Source of the DNA: Prochlorococcus sp. AG-679-M23
Lineage (GTDB): Bacteria > Cyanobacteriota > Cyanobacteriia > PCC-6307 > Cyanobiaceae
Direction of reading: 5' to 3'
Length of the DNA stretch: 64,000 nt
Assembly: GCA_003208875.1 (NCBI GenBank)
Contig: QCUR01000002.1
Location: forward strand, 160,001-224,000
Below, piece after piece: positions 1-10,196 of this stretch; position 1 is the first letter of the stretch; every line of letters starts with the position of its first letter. Below the pieces are notes generated by a model that had not been told where the DNA came from, made no database searches, and was given only the letters and a program-made list of their open reading frames with translations. A program made the position numbers and the translations under genes.

Positions 1-803
1 TCAATAATGAATTTGAAAACAGTTTTTGGCCAAGTTTATCAATTAAGTTAGCAAATTTAATCCCTAAATTAAGTGTTCAGAATGCAGTTAAAAATGATGA
101 TAAGAATGATCAATTAACGGAGGCAAAGTTATTACAAGCAATTTCTCATGAAGTCAGAACTCCTTTAGCAACTATAAGGACTTTAATAAGCTCTACTCTC
201 AGGAAATATAATATGGACGAATCAATGAGAAACCGTTTAATTCAAATTGATAATGAGTGTAATGAGCAAATAGATAGATTTGGTCTTATTTTCAATGCCG
301 CGGAACTTGTAAGTAACGATATTTCCGCCCCCAATCAGTTGGCAAGAATAAATTTAGGGGAAATTTTTTATAAATTATCACCTGTTTGGAATAAACAATT
401 AACGCGACGTGGGATTTCGATAGAAATTGATATACCTGAACAACTTCCCGAAATTTTGAGTGATTCTGAAAAACTAGAATTAATGTTAAGAGGGCTAATT
501 GATAAAAATACTCGAGGATTAAGAGAAGGAAGTAGTTTAATCTTAGAGTTGCGGCCCGCAGGACAAAAATTAAAACTTCAATTAAAAGTAAAAAAATTTG
601 ATACGGGTAAAAACGAAATTTTTAATACAGAAAATGGTTCTGATATTGGTCCAGTATTAAATTGGAATCCTCAAACAGGGAGTTTACAATTAAGTCAAGT
701 TGCAACTCAAAAATTATTAGCGAGTTTAGGAGGTCACGTTACACAAAGAAGGGATACTGGCTTGACAGTATTTTTCCCAATTGCAGATATAGATCATATT
801 TAA
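1..803 (+). CDS. Sensor histidine kinase, Hik2/CSK-like (5'-truncated by window edge)
   Basis: Frame is open from position 3 and reads ...QAISHEVRTPLATIR (H-box) before the Met at 213; atypical HATPase C-terminus (WNPQTGSLQLS) resembles cyanobacterial Hik2. Confidence 0.85.
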   Translation, partial: NNEFENSFWPSLSIKLANLIPKLSVQNAVKNDDKNDQLTEAKLLQAISHEVRTPLATIRTLISSTLRKYNMDESMRNRLIQIDNECNEQIDRFGLIFNAAELVSNDISAPNQLARINLGEIFYKLSPVWNKQLTRRGISIEIDIPEQLPEILSDSEKLELMLRGLIDKNTRGLREGSSLILELRPAGQKLKLQLKVKKFDTGKNEIFNTENGSDIGPVLNWNPQTGSLQLSQVATQKLLASLGGHVTQRRDTGLTVFFPIADIDHI

Positions 804-916
804 ATGCATATTTCTTTTCTACATTTATTAATTAATGTAGAAACTTTTTAAATAATTAAGAAATTTGTAAAACATGAATGCTAGTTTCTTAATAAGAAAT
901 AATTTCAAAATTTAGG

Positions 917-1339
917 ATGACTGAAACTTTAGTTGGTCAATTTCCAAAGCATATAGGCAGTACTGGGGGTTTATTAAACTCTGCAGAAACCGAAGAAAAA
1001 TATGCGATCTCATGGAATAGCTCCAAGGAACAAGCATTTGAATTACCTACTGGTGGAGCCGCTGTAATGCATGAAGGAGATAATTTAATGTACTTTGCAA
1101 GAAAAGAACAATGTCTTGCTCTTGGGACACAATTAAGGGGTTTTAAACCTAGGATTGAAAATTTTAAAATTTATAGAATATTCCCTGGCGGAGATATTGA
1201 ATTCTTACATCCTAAGGATGGAGTATTCTCCGAGAAAGTTAATGAAGGTAGAGAAAAAGTTGGTCATAATCCAAGAAGGATAGGAGAGAATCCTAATCCT
1301 GCAGGTTTAAAATTTACTACTAAAGAGACTTTTGAATAA
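917..1339 (+). CDS. psaD: Photosystem I subunit II PsaD
   Basis: [35 protein letters not shown] motifs. Confidence 0.98.
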   Translation: MTETLVGQFPKHIGSTGGLLNSAETEEKYAISWNSSKEQAFELPTGGAAVMHEGDNLMYFARKEQCLALGTQLRGFKPRIENFKIYRIFPGGDIEFLHPKDGVFSEKVNEGREKVGHNPRRIGENPNPAGLKFTTKETFE

Positions 1340-1398
1340 ATTATCAAAAGTTGATATAAGAAATAAATATAATTATAATTTGGACTGAATTTACTAGT

Positions 1399-2919
1399 AT
1401 GATCAGTTCTCAAAAAGATAGTTTTTTAAAGGCTTATAAAGAAGGTAAAAATTTTATACCTATTCTCAAAACTTGGCCTGCTGATTTAGAAACACCATTA
1501 TCAACATGGCTTAAATTATCAAATAAAGATTCACATGGTGTCTTTTTTGAATCCGTAGAAGGTGGGGAAAATTTAGGCAGATGGAGTATTGTTGCTACTA
1601 ATCCTCTTTGGGAAGCAGTTTGTCTTGGAGAAGAAACTATTAAGACTTGGAGTAATGGAAAAAGTGAAAAATATAAAGGCGATCCTTTTGATTTATTAAG
1701 AACTTGGACCGAAGAATATAAGTCATATAATATCGATAATTTACCTTATGTTGGTCAATTATATGGTTCTTGGGGTTATGAATTAATCAATCGTATAGAG
1801 CCTAATGTGCCTATCAATTCTCTAGAAGATAATGATATTCCTTATGGATCTTGGATGTTTTTTGATCAACTAGTAATATTTGACCAAATGAAAAGATGTA
1901 TCACTGTAGTTGTATATGCTGACACTTCCAATACATCAGAAACTCATGTTGAAGAAATATATCAAGATTCGATTTCAAGAATTAATAGAATCAGAGATTT
2001 AATGAGTGCTCCAATTAACGAAAGACAGCCTCTTAACTGGGATGAAAAAAAAGATTTGAATATTGCAATTTCAAGTAATTGGAAAAGAAAAGAGTTTGAA
2101 GAAGCTGTTATTTCTGCAAAAGAATATATAAGAAAAGGAGATATTTTTCAAATTGTTATTAGCCAAAAATTTCAATCGAAAGTTAAAAGTGATCCCTTTA
2201 ACTTATATAGGAGTTTAAGGATTGTTAATCCTTCACCTTATATGGCTTTCTTTGATTTTGGTTCATGGTACTTAATAGGCTCTAGTCCTGAAGTAATGGT
2301 CAAAGCAGAGAAGAATAAAAGTAATCAAATTGTTGCAAGCTTAAGACCGATAGCTGGCACAAGGCCAAGAGGTAAAGATGATGAACAAGATTTAAAATTT
2401 GAGAAAGATTTATTAAAAGATCCTAAAGAGATATCAGAACATGTAATGCTTATTGATCTGGGGAGAAATGATTTAGGAAGAGTATGTGAAACAGGTACAG
2501 TAGAGGTCAAAGATTTGATGATAATTGAAAAATATTCACACGTTATGCATATAGTTAGTGAAGTTGAAGGTATCTTAAAAAGTAATACTGGGGTATGGGA
2601 TTTACTAAAAGCATGTTTTCCTGCTGGTACAGTAACTGGGGCTCCAAAAATTAGAGCTATGCAATTAATTAAGAACTTTGAGAAAGATGCTAGAGGGCCG
2701 TATGCTGGAGTTTATGGGTCTATAGATATAAATGGTGCACTAAATACTGCGATAACAATAAGAACAATGATAGTTCAGCCATCAAATGATGGTGAATATA
2801 TAGTTTCTGTTCAGGCTGGAGCAGGGATAGTTGCAGATTCCTCTCCTGCGAATGAATATCAAGAGACTATTAATAAAGCCAAAGGCATATTAATGGCATT
2901 GGCTTGCTTGGGTAGATAA
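1399..2919 (+). CDS. trpE: Anthranilate synthase component I
   Basis: DLETP, NPSPYM, RPIAGTRPRG, EHVMLIDLGRND, FPAGTVTGAPKIRAM, QAGAGIVADS. Confidence 0.95.
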   Translation: MISSQKDSFLKAYKEGKNFIPILKTWPADLETPLSTWLKLSNKDSHGVFFESVEGGENLGRWSIVATNPLWEAVCLGEETIKTWSNGKSEKYKGDPFDLLRTWTEEYKSYNIDNLPYVGQLYGSWGYELINRIEPNVPINSLEDNDIPYGSWMFFDQLVIFDQMKRCITVVVYADTSNTSETHVEEIYQDSISRINRIRDLMSAPINERQPLNWDEKKDLNIAISSNWKRKEFEEAVISAKEYIRKGDIFQIVISQKFQSKVKSDPFNLYRSLRIVNPSPYMAFFDFGSWYLIGSSPEVMVKAEKNKSNQIVASLRPIAGTRPRGKDDEQDLKFEKDLLKDPKEISEHVMLIDLGRNDLGRVCETGTVEVKDLMIIEKYSHVMHIVSEVEGILKSNTGVWDLLKACFPAGTVTGAPKIRAMQLIKNFEKDARGPYAGVYGSIDINGALNTAITIRTMIVQPSNDGEYIVSVQAGAGIVADSSPANEYQETINKAKGILMALACLGR

Positions 2920-4038
2920 ATGAACAATGATAATTTATATAAAGGCTTTGAAGTAGAACTCTTTACAGGTTCTCACAATAATCATGTTGGAGTTTCCGAT
3001 GATATAGAAAAAACGTTTTCGAATTTTGTCAAAGAGCCGGATAACAGAAATGTTGAGTATATTACGAATCCAGAAAAAGACTATAAAGTTAGTTATAAGA
3101 ATTTATTAGAACCTAGAATAAGTTTAAGGAAATGGTTAAACAAAAGAGATTTAACAATAATCCCTTCATCTACATTGTGCTTTAAACATGATAATCAGTT
3201 TCAACGTTCTGATAAAAATAATGTTTATCATCAATTTATTCAAGATAACTACGGTATATCAATCGCCACTTCCAGTGTTCATATAAACCTAGGTATTGAT
3301 AACTTAGATAAACTTTTTGCAGCTATCCGACTTGTAAGGTGTGAGGCTTCTTTGTATTTATCAATAAGTGCAAGCTCTCCTTTTTTAAATAATAAACTTA
3401 CTAATAATCATTCACAGAGATGGATTCAATTCCCTAAAACACCAAATAAGGTTCCTTTTTTTTACAGTCATGATGACTATATAAAATGGATTGAAGAAAA
3501 TATTAAGAATGGAAATATGTACAATATTAGACATTTTTGGTCTTCTATTCGCCCAAATGGACCTCAAAGGCCTCATTTTTTGGATCGTCTGGAATTAAGA
3601 ATTTGCGATTACATCTCTGATATTGAGTTATTGTTGGCAATAACAGCTTTACTTGAACTTAGAGTCATTTATTTATTCGAAAACCTGAAGACTTTAGATC
3701 CCTTAAATACTAGTAAGTTTTCTATGGATCAATTAACAAAAATATGTGATCAAAACGAAATTAAAGCTGCACAAATGAGTCTAGACGCTGAATTGACTCA
3801 TTGGAGAGATGGCAAGAAAATGATTTGTAGAGAATGGATAAAAAATGTATTAGCTGATTTATCTTTAACTGCAGAAAAGTTAAGTATGACTCATCTTTTG
3901 AAACCTATTTATAAAGTTCTTGAGGAAGGAAATCAATCTATGAAATGGATAAAACAATATAAAGAAGGATTGTCCATTGAGGATATTATGAAATGTGCTG
4001 TTCAGGATATGATTAAAAGTGAAGAAGAAAGAATTTAA
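2920..4038 (+). CDS. gshA: Glutamate--cysteine ligase (cyanobacterial type)
   Basis: KGFEVE, EPDNRNVEY, SVHINLG, SASSPF, RLELRICD; GCS2-type motifs. Confidence 0.88.
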   Translation: MNNDNLYKGFEVELFTGSHNNHVGVSDDIEKTFSNFVKEPDNRNVEYITNPEKDYKVSYKNLLEPRISLRKWLNKRDLTIIPSSTLCFKHDNQFQRSDKNNVYHQFIQDNYGISIATSSVHINLGIDNLDKLFAAIRLVRCEASLYLSISASSPFLNNKLTNNHSQRWIQFPKTPNKVPFFYSHDDYIKWIEENIKNGNMYNIRHFWSSIRPNGPQRPHFLDRLELRICDYISDIELLLAITALLELRVIYLFENLKTLDPLNTSKFSMDQLTKICDQNEIKAAQMSLDAELTHWRDGKKMICREWIKNVLADLSLTAEKLSMTHLLKPIYKVLEEGNQSMKWIKQYKEGLSIEDIMKCAVQDMIKSEEERI

Positions 4039-4091
4039 TAAAATAAACAAATATTTGATCCCAATATATTTACATATGACATAATAATTAT

Positions 4092-7061
4092 ATGGAATCT
4101 ATGAAACAGTTTAAAAATAATCATGTGGATCTTATAAGCAACAATGATCCGTTGGATAAAAATCGTGCATTAATAGAAGATTTGTGGGAATCTGTATTGA
4201 GGGAAGAATGTCCAGATGATCAAGCAAATCGTTTAATACAGCTGAAGAAATTAAGTTATTCAAATCAAGTTGAAGAATATAGTTCAAAAAATTTTAAAAA
4301 TGAAATAGTTGATATTGTTAATTCTATGGATTTAGCTGAATCAATTTCTGCAGCTAGAGCTTTTTCATTATATTTCCAGCTAGTTAATATTTTGGAACAA
4401 AGAGTGGAGGAAGATAGATATATACAGAGTTTTACCAATCAGAATGTTCAAAAATCACAAGATAATCTAGATCCATTTGCTCCTGCTTTAGCAAGGCAAA
4501 ATGCTCCCGTAACATTTAAAGAATTATTCTTTAGGCTTAGAAGATTAAATGTTCCTCCTGGAAAACTAGAGGAATTATTACAAGAAATGGATATCCGTTT
4601 AGTTTTTACCGCACATCCTACAGAGATAGTTAGACATACAATTAGGCATAAGCAAACAAGAGTAGCAAATCTGCTCCAAAAAATACAAGTTGAAAAATTT
4701 TTAACAGTTGAAGATATTAAATCTCTCAAAATACAATTAAAAGAAGAGATAAGACTTTGGTGGAGAACAGATGAGTTACATCAATTCAAACCATCAGTAA
4801 TAGATGAAGTTGATTATGCACTACATTATTTTCAACAAGTGCTATTTGATGCGATGCCTCAGTTAAGAGGGAGAATTTCTTCAGCCCTTACTGAAAATTA
4901 TCCAGACGTTCAGATGCCAACTGAATCTTTTTGTACATTTGGATCTTGGGTAGGATCTGATAGAGATGGGAATCCATCAGTTACTCCTGAAATTACTTGG
5001 AGGACTGCCTGTTACCAAAGACAATTAATGTTAGAGAGATATATCAAAGCGACCTCTAATCTTAGAGATCAACTAAGTGTCTCAATGCAATGGAGCCAAG
5101 TAAGCTCATCTCTTTTGGAATCATTGGAAACAGATAGGGTTAAGTTTCCTGAAATTTATGAAGCAAGGGCAACAAGATATAGATCAGAGCCTTATAGATT
5201 AAAATTGAGTTATATTTTAGAAAAATTAAGATTGACCCATGAACGAAATAATTTACTAGCTGAAGGCGGATGGAAGTTATCTTTAGAAAGGGAATCTGAT
5301 AACAAAAATTTAGAGCTAGTTGAAAAATTACATTACAAGTCTGTCGATGAATTTACTTATGATCTAGAATTAATAAAAAATAGTCTTAATAGTACAGATT
5401 TAACTTGTGAGGCAGTAAATAAATTATTAACTCAGGCACATATTTTCGGCTTTTCTTTAGCAAGTTTGGATATACGTCAGGAGAGTACTAGACATAGTGA
5501 CGCAATCCAAGAATTAACTAATTACCTTGAGTTGCCAAAACAATACGATCAAATGTCTGAAAAAGAAAGAATGCAATGGCTTACTGAGGAATTAAATACA
5601 AAAAGGCCCTTGATTCCCTCTGAAGTTAACTGGAATAAAAGTACTGAAGAAACGTTCTCAGTGTTTAAAATGGTCAAAAGATTGCAAGAAGAATTTGGAA
5701 GTCGTATTTGTCATTCATATATCATTTCAATGAGTCACAGTGCATCTGATTTGCTTGAAGTCCTTCTTTTGGCAAAAGAGATGGGACTTATTGATCAAGG
5801 TTCTCAGAAATCGACATTGTTGGTCGTCCCTCTTTTTGAAACTGTTGAAGATCTGCAAAGAGCTCCAGAAGTAATGGAGCAATTATTTCAATTAGATTTT
5901 TATAAATCACTATTACCAAAAGTTGGAGAAAGTTTTAAACCTCTCCAAGAGTTAATGTTAGGTTATTCAGATAGCAATAAAGATTCAGGATTCTTATCTA
6001 GTAACTGGGAAATTCATAGAGCTCAAATTGCTCTTCAAAATCTTTCAAGCAAAAATAATATACTTTTAAGACTTTTTCACGGTAGAGGAGGTTCTGTCGG
6101 AAGAGGAGGAGGGCCTGCTTATCAAGCGATATTGGCTCAACCAAGTGGGACACTCAAAGGCAGAATAAAAATTACAGAACAAGGGGAGGTTTTAGCTTCT
6201 AAATATAGTCTCCCTGAATTGGCTTTATATAATTTGGAGACTGTCACAACAGCAGTTATTCAGAATAGTTTGGTTAATAACAGACTTGATGCCACCCCAG
6301 AATGGAATGAATTAATGACTAGGTTGGCAGAAACATCTAGAATTCAATATAGAAAATTAGTACATGAGAATCCAAATTTGCTAACCTTTTTTCAAGAGGT
6401 CACTCCAATCGAGGAAATTAGTAAACTACAAATATCAAGTAGACCCGCAAGAAGAAAAAAAGGCGCAAAGGATTTATCAAGTTTAAGAGCAATCCCTTGG
6501 GTATTTGGATGGACACAGAGTAGATTTCTTTTACCAAGCTGGTTTGGAGTGGGTACGGCTTTATCCGTGGAATTAAAATCAGATCCCGAACAAATTGAAC
6601 TATTAAGAGTACTTCATCAAAGATGGCCCTTTTTTAGAATGCTCATATCTAAGGTAGAAATGACATTATCTAAAGTTGATTTAGAAGTAGCGAAATATTA
6701 CGTTGACACACTTGGGAGTAAAGAAAATTTAAAGTCGTTTGAAGACATTTTTGATGTTATCTCTAAAGAATATAATCTTACTAAATCCTTAGTGCTTGAA
6801 ATAACTGGTAAAAATAAGCTTCTAGAAGCTGATAGAGACTTAAGATCATCTGTAAACTTAAGAAATAAAACTATTATTCCTTTGGGATTTTTACAAGTCT
6901 CACTTTTAAGAAGACTTCGAGATCAAACAAGACAACCTCCAATTAGTGAGTTTCTGGAGGATGGGATTGAGTCTAAAAGAGCTTATAGTCGTAGTGAATT
7001 ATTAAGAGGAGCACTTTTAACAATTAATGGAATTGCGGCAGGGATGAGAAATACAGGATAA
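4092..7061 (+). CDS. ppc: Phosphoenolpyruvate carboxylase
   Basis: [43 protein letters not shown]-terminal GMRNTG. Confidence 0.99.
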   Translation: MESMKQFKNNHVDLISNNDPLDKNRALIEDLWESVLREECPDDQANRLIQLKKLSYSNQVEEYSSKNFKNEIVDIVNSMDLAESISAARAFSLYFQLVNILEQRVEEDRYIQSFTNQNVQKSQDNLDPFAPALARQNAPVTFKELFFRLRRLNVPPGKLEELLQEMDIRLVFTAHPTEIVRHTIRHKQTRVANLLQKIQVEKFLTVEDIKSLKIQLKEEIRLWWRTDELHQFKPSVIDEVDYALHYFQQVLFDAMPQLRGRISSALTENYPDVQMPTESFCTFGSWVGSDRDGNPSVTPEITWRTACYQRQLMLERYIKATSNLRDQLSVSMQWSQVSSSLLESLETDRVKFPEIYEARATRYRSEPYRLKLSYILEKLRLTHERNNLLAEGGWKLSLERESDNKNLELVEKLHYKSVDEFTYDLELIKNSLNSTDLTCEAVNKLLTQAHIFGFSLASLDIRQESTRHSDAIQELTNYLELPKQYDQMSEKERMQWLTEELNTKRPLIPSEVNWNKSTEETFSVFKMVKRLQEEFGSRICHSYIISMSHSASDLLEVLLLAKEMGLIDQGSQKSTLLVVPLFETVEDLQRAPEVMEQLFQLDFYKSLLPKVGESFKPLQELMLGYSDSNKDSGFLSSNWEIHRAQIALQNLSSKNNILLRLFHGRGGSVGRGGGPAYQAILAQPSGTLKGRIKITEQGEVLASKYSLPELALYNLETVTTAVIQNSLVNNRLDATPEWNELMTRLAETSRIQYRKLVHENPNLLTFFQEVTPIEEISKLQISSRPARRKKGAKDLSSLRAIPWVFGWTQSRFLLPSWFGVGTALSVELKSDPEQIELLRVLHQRWPFFRMLISKVEMTLSKVDLEVAKYYVDTLGSKENLKSFEDIFDVISKEYNLTKSLVLEITGKNKLLEADRDLRSSVNLRNKTIIPLGFLQVSLLRRLRDQTRQPPISEFLEDGIESKRAYSRSELLRGALLTINGIAAGMRNTG

Positions 7062-7064
7062 GCA

Positions 7065-7511
7065 TTGCAATATTTTTCCACAAAAAAACTAATTCTTCCT
7101 GAGGGTTATTTTATCAATTCTTCACAAGTTCCAACTGCTAAGGATTTAAATAGACTTTTGATAAGTAGTGGTTGTGATTCATTTCCTACACAAAAAATAT
7201 CTCTTGCTATTAAGAATAGTAATTTTTTCTTCACGATTCAAAACGAATCTAAAAAAAAGCTCTTTGGTTTTGTAAGGGTTACATCAGATAGAGGACTCAA
7301 CGCTAACCTATGGAATCTAAGTGCTGAAAAAGGCAGTAATCAAAATCTTTTTTACTCAATATTACTGCAAGTGACTCTTGAAAAAATAAATAGGGAAATG
7401 CCAGGATGTAGTATTTCTGTTCAAGCTCCAGTAACTTCATTTAAAAGTTTAGAAGAAAGTGGATTTATAATAGATCCAAATGGTATCAGGGTAATGGGCT
7501 TTAAACTTTAA
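7065..7511 (+). CDS. GNAT-family N-acetyltransferase-like protein
   Basis: LFGFVRVTSDRGLNANLWNL core resembles cyanobacterial Ycf52-like GNATs; TTG start. Confidence 0.65.
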   Translation: MQYFSTKKLILPEGYFINSSQVPTAKDLNRLLISSGCDSFPTQKISLAIKNSNFFFTIQNESKKKLFGFVRVTSDRGLNANLWNLSAEKGSNQNLFYSILLQVTLEKINREMPGCSISVQAPVTSFKSLEESGFIIDPNGIRVMGFKL

Positions 7512-7522
7512 ATCTTTTATTA

Positions 7523-7596
7523 CGAGCATGGAGGGAGTCGAACCCCCGACACTCAGAACCGGAATCTGATGCTCTATCCAACTGAGCTACATGCTC
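7523..7596 (-). tRNA. tRNA-Arg(CCG)
   Basis: Reverse complement GAGCATGTAGCTCAGTTGGATAGAGC...TCAGA-TTCCGGT-TCTGA...GGTTCGACTCC...CATGCTCG folds as a cloverleaf; anticodon CCG; CCA not encoded. Confidence 0.97.
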
Positions 7597-7672
7597 TTAA
7601 TTTTTCAATTTCTTTAAAGAAATTCTAAATATTTTAAATTTAGCTAATTTAACTAAGGAATGCATTAAAAAA

Positions 7673-8767
7673 ATTTTTTTAAATAACTTAAAAATTAATA
7701 ATTTTCGAAATCATAAAAGTTTTGAGATCGATCTTAGTGAGCAAAGAGCTATTATTCTTGGTTGTAATGGTGTTGGTAAGTCAAATTTACTTGAATCTGT
7801 AGAAGTTCTTAGTCAATTAAAATCTAATAGAGCATTAAGTGATAAAGATTTAATAGAAAACGATAGCGACATGGCAGCTATTTTTGGTCAAATTGATTTC
7901 ACGGATAATTTGAAGGTAAATTTATTTAGGAAGGGAACTAAAAAGATTTATGTAAATGATTCTTTATTGAAAAAACAGACTGAAATACAAAATTATATTA
8001 GGAGTGTATGTTTCTGTTCTAATGATATTTATATTGTCAAAAGTGAACCTAATTACAGAAGATCTTGGATTGATAAAGTTGTATCTCAACTTGAACCAGT
8101 ATATGTAGAGCTGATTCATAGATTTAATAGACTTTTAAAACAACGAAGTCATTTTTGGCGTTCAGAAAGCTTTCAAAAAGATCTATCTTCAGAAGTTATT
8201 GAAAGTTTTGATATTCAAATGTCATTAATTAGTACAAGAATTTTTAGACGGAGAAGGAGAGCTCTATCAAAAATTAAACCATATGTTGAATATTGGCATA
8301 ATCATTTGAGTAAATCCAAAGAGAAAATTGGCATAAATTATCTTTCTGGGTTAGAAAATATCAATCAAGAAGAAGAAGAAGAAGAAGAAGTTATAAGAAA
8401 GAAAATAGTGGAACAACTACAAAGGCAGAGGTCAATAGAGGCATTGACTGGTAAATGTAATTTTGGTCCTCATCGTGATGATATAGAGTTTCTGATTAAT
8501 AATATCTCCGTAAGGAAGTATGGCTCATCTGGTCAGCAAAGGACCTTTATTTTGGCTTTAAAAATGGCCGAACTGGATTTATTACGTAATATGATTAATT
8601 TACCTCCTCTTCTTATATTGGATGACGTTTTGGCTGAGCTTGATATTACTAGACAAAATTTATTATTGAATTCGGTAGGTAAAGATAGTCAATGTTTTAT
8701 AAGTGCAACGCATTTGGATAAATTCAATCAATCTTTTTTAAGCTCTTCGCAAATGATATACTTATAA
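7673..8767 (+). CDS. recF: DNA replication and repair protein RecF (start inferred at ATT 7673; ORF track starts at ATG 7871)
   Basis: Frame upstream of 7871 encodes FLNNLKINNFRNH and Walker A GCNGVGKSNLLE; downstream GPHRDD, SSGQQR, LLILDDVLAELD. Confidence 0.9.
   Translation: MFLNNLKINNFRNHKSFEIDLSEQRAIILGCNGVGKSNLLESVEVLSQLKSNRALSDKDLIENDSDMAAIFGQIDFTDNLKVNLFRKGTKKIYVNDSLLKKQTEIQNYIRSVCFCSNDIYIVKSEPNYRRSWIDKVVSQLEPVYVELIHRFNRLLKQRSHFWRSESFQKDLSSEVIESFDIQMSLISTRIFRRRRRALSKIKPYVEYWHNHLSKSKEKIGINYLSGLENINQEEEEEEEVIRKKIVEQLQRQRSIEALTGKCNFGPHRDDIEFLINNISVRKYGSSGQQRTFILALKMAELDLLRNMINLPPLLILDDVLAELDITRQNLLLNSVGKDSQCFISATHLDKFNQSFLSSSQMIYL
8369..8389 (+). repeat. (GAA)7 trinucleotide repeat encoding poly-Glu in recF
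   Basis: Seven perfect GAA units read directly. Confidence 0.9.
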
Positions 8768-8818
8768 CCAAAAGATGAGTAATTTTTAGTTAATCTATAA
8801 TTCACGTATAATTGATTA

Positions 8819-9247
8819 ATGGAAGTTCCAAAAAAAAATCAAACTTTCAAAGCTTTAAATGAGGAGAAGAAATTAGTTAATAACAGTAAACATTTTTTGT
8901 TAGAACTTTATAGATGTGATTACGAAAAATTAAATGATGAATCTTTTTTGCGCTGCACGTTAAATAATGCTGCCAAATTTGCTAATGCAACAGTTTTGAA
9001 TCTAATAAGTAATAAATTTGAGCCTCAGGGAGTTACAGCAATTGCTTTACTCGCTGAATCACATATTTCGATACATACATGGCCTGAAGCACATTATTCT
9101 GCAGTTGATATTTTTACATGTGGTCAAAATATGAAGCCAGAAATATCATGTAAATACTTAATCCAAGCTTTAATGGCTAAAGAACATCTCTTGCGTATAA
9201 TTGATAGAAGTCCACCTTCAGAAGTTTATAGTCAAATAAAAAAATAA
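8819..9247 (+). CDS. speD: S-adenosylmethionine decarboxylase proenzyme (pyruvoyl-dependent, short class)
   Basis: FEPQGVT, self-cleavage motif AESHISIHTWPE, DIFTCG. Confidence 0.88.
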   Translation: MEVPKKNQTFKALNEEKKLVNNSKHFLLELYRCDYEKLNDESFLRCTLNNAAKFANATVLNLISNKFEPQGVTAIALLAESHISIHTWPEAHYSAVDIFTCGQNMKPEISCKYLIQALMAKEHLLRIIDRSPPSEVYSQIKK

Positions 9248-9262
9248 ATTAAATTTTGAAAC

Positions 9263-10087
9263 TTATCTATTTAGCTTTCCGCTTATTAAACCCTCAAGAT
9301 CCAAGCTTGTGCTATTGAATCCTAAATTAGAGAAATAGTTAACTAATTCATTAAAATCATATTCTTTACAAAATATTAGTAATTCATTTTTGGGAATTTC
9401 AATTCTTGCTGTTGAACCATGACATCTAACTCTGACTTCTGATATGCTCCCTTTCTTAATATATTCTTCAGCTTTTTCTACCATGTTTAGTCTTTCATTT
9501 GTTATTAAATTTCCATAAGGAAATCTTGATGATAAACAAGGTTGAGCAGGTTTATCCCACCAAGGGAATCCCAATGCTCTTGATATATCCCTTATATCTT
9601 TTTTTGTAAACTTGAATAACGCTAACGGAGATAAAACTCCTGCTTCTTTAGCTGCTTTAATCCCAGGTCTGTAATCGTTGAGATCGTCAAGATTAACTCC
9701 GTCACAGACAGTTTTGTAATTAAGTTTTTTAGATAAAAATGTAGTGTGTTTGTGAAGCTCTTTTTTGCAAGCAAAACATCTGTTTTTAGGATTCTCACTA
9801 TAACTTGGTTGATCTAATTCTGAAGTCTCAATTTCTAAATGTTGGATGCCAATCCATCTTGCTTGAGTTTTTGCCTCTTCGAGTAATGTTTTAGCTAATG
9901 CGGGTGAAACTCCTGTAATTGCAATCGCTTTGCTTCCTAATTGCTCAAATGCCAAAGAGGCTACTAATGTACTATCGACTCCACCTGAATAAGCCACACA
10001 AACACTATTGAGATTTTTAATAAAATTTCTAATTTCCTTGAGTTTTTCATTTTGTTCATCTGAGAGGAGTTCAAGTTGATAGAACAT
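9263..10087 (-). CDS. larE: LarE-family ATP-dependent sulfur insertase (PP-loop)
   Basis: VAYSGGVDS PP-loop, RCFACK, DYRPG, PCLSSRFPYG, VRVR. Confidence 0.85.
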   Translation of the reverse strand: MFYQLELLSDEQNEKLKEIRNFIKNLNSVCVAYSGGVDSTLVASLAFEQLGSKAIAITGVSPALAKTLLEEAKTQARWIGIQHLEIETSELDQPSYSENPKNRCFACKKELHKHTTFLSKKLNYKTVCDGVNLDDLNDYRPGIKAAKEAGVLSPLALFKFTKKDIRDISRALGFPWWDKPAQPCLSSRFPYGNLITNERLNMVEKAEEYIKKGSISEVRVRCHGSTARIEIPKNELLIFCKEYDFNELVNYFSNLGFNSTSLDLEGLISGKLNR

Positions 10088-10196
10088 ATAACTGTTATTA
10101 AAATTTAAATTAAGATATGAATAGGTTGAATTTATTATTAAAATTTTAATAATATTATTAACTATATCCTAAATTAAATTTACTCACTTTTCTCAA

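Noticed and set aside
2325..4729. Antisense ORFs 2325-2510 and 4448-4729
   Set aside because: Entirely inside trpE and ppc on the opposite strand with no recognisable motifs; typical shadow ORFs
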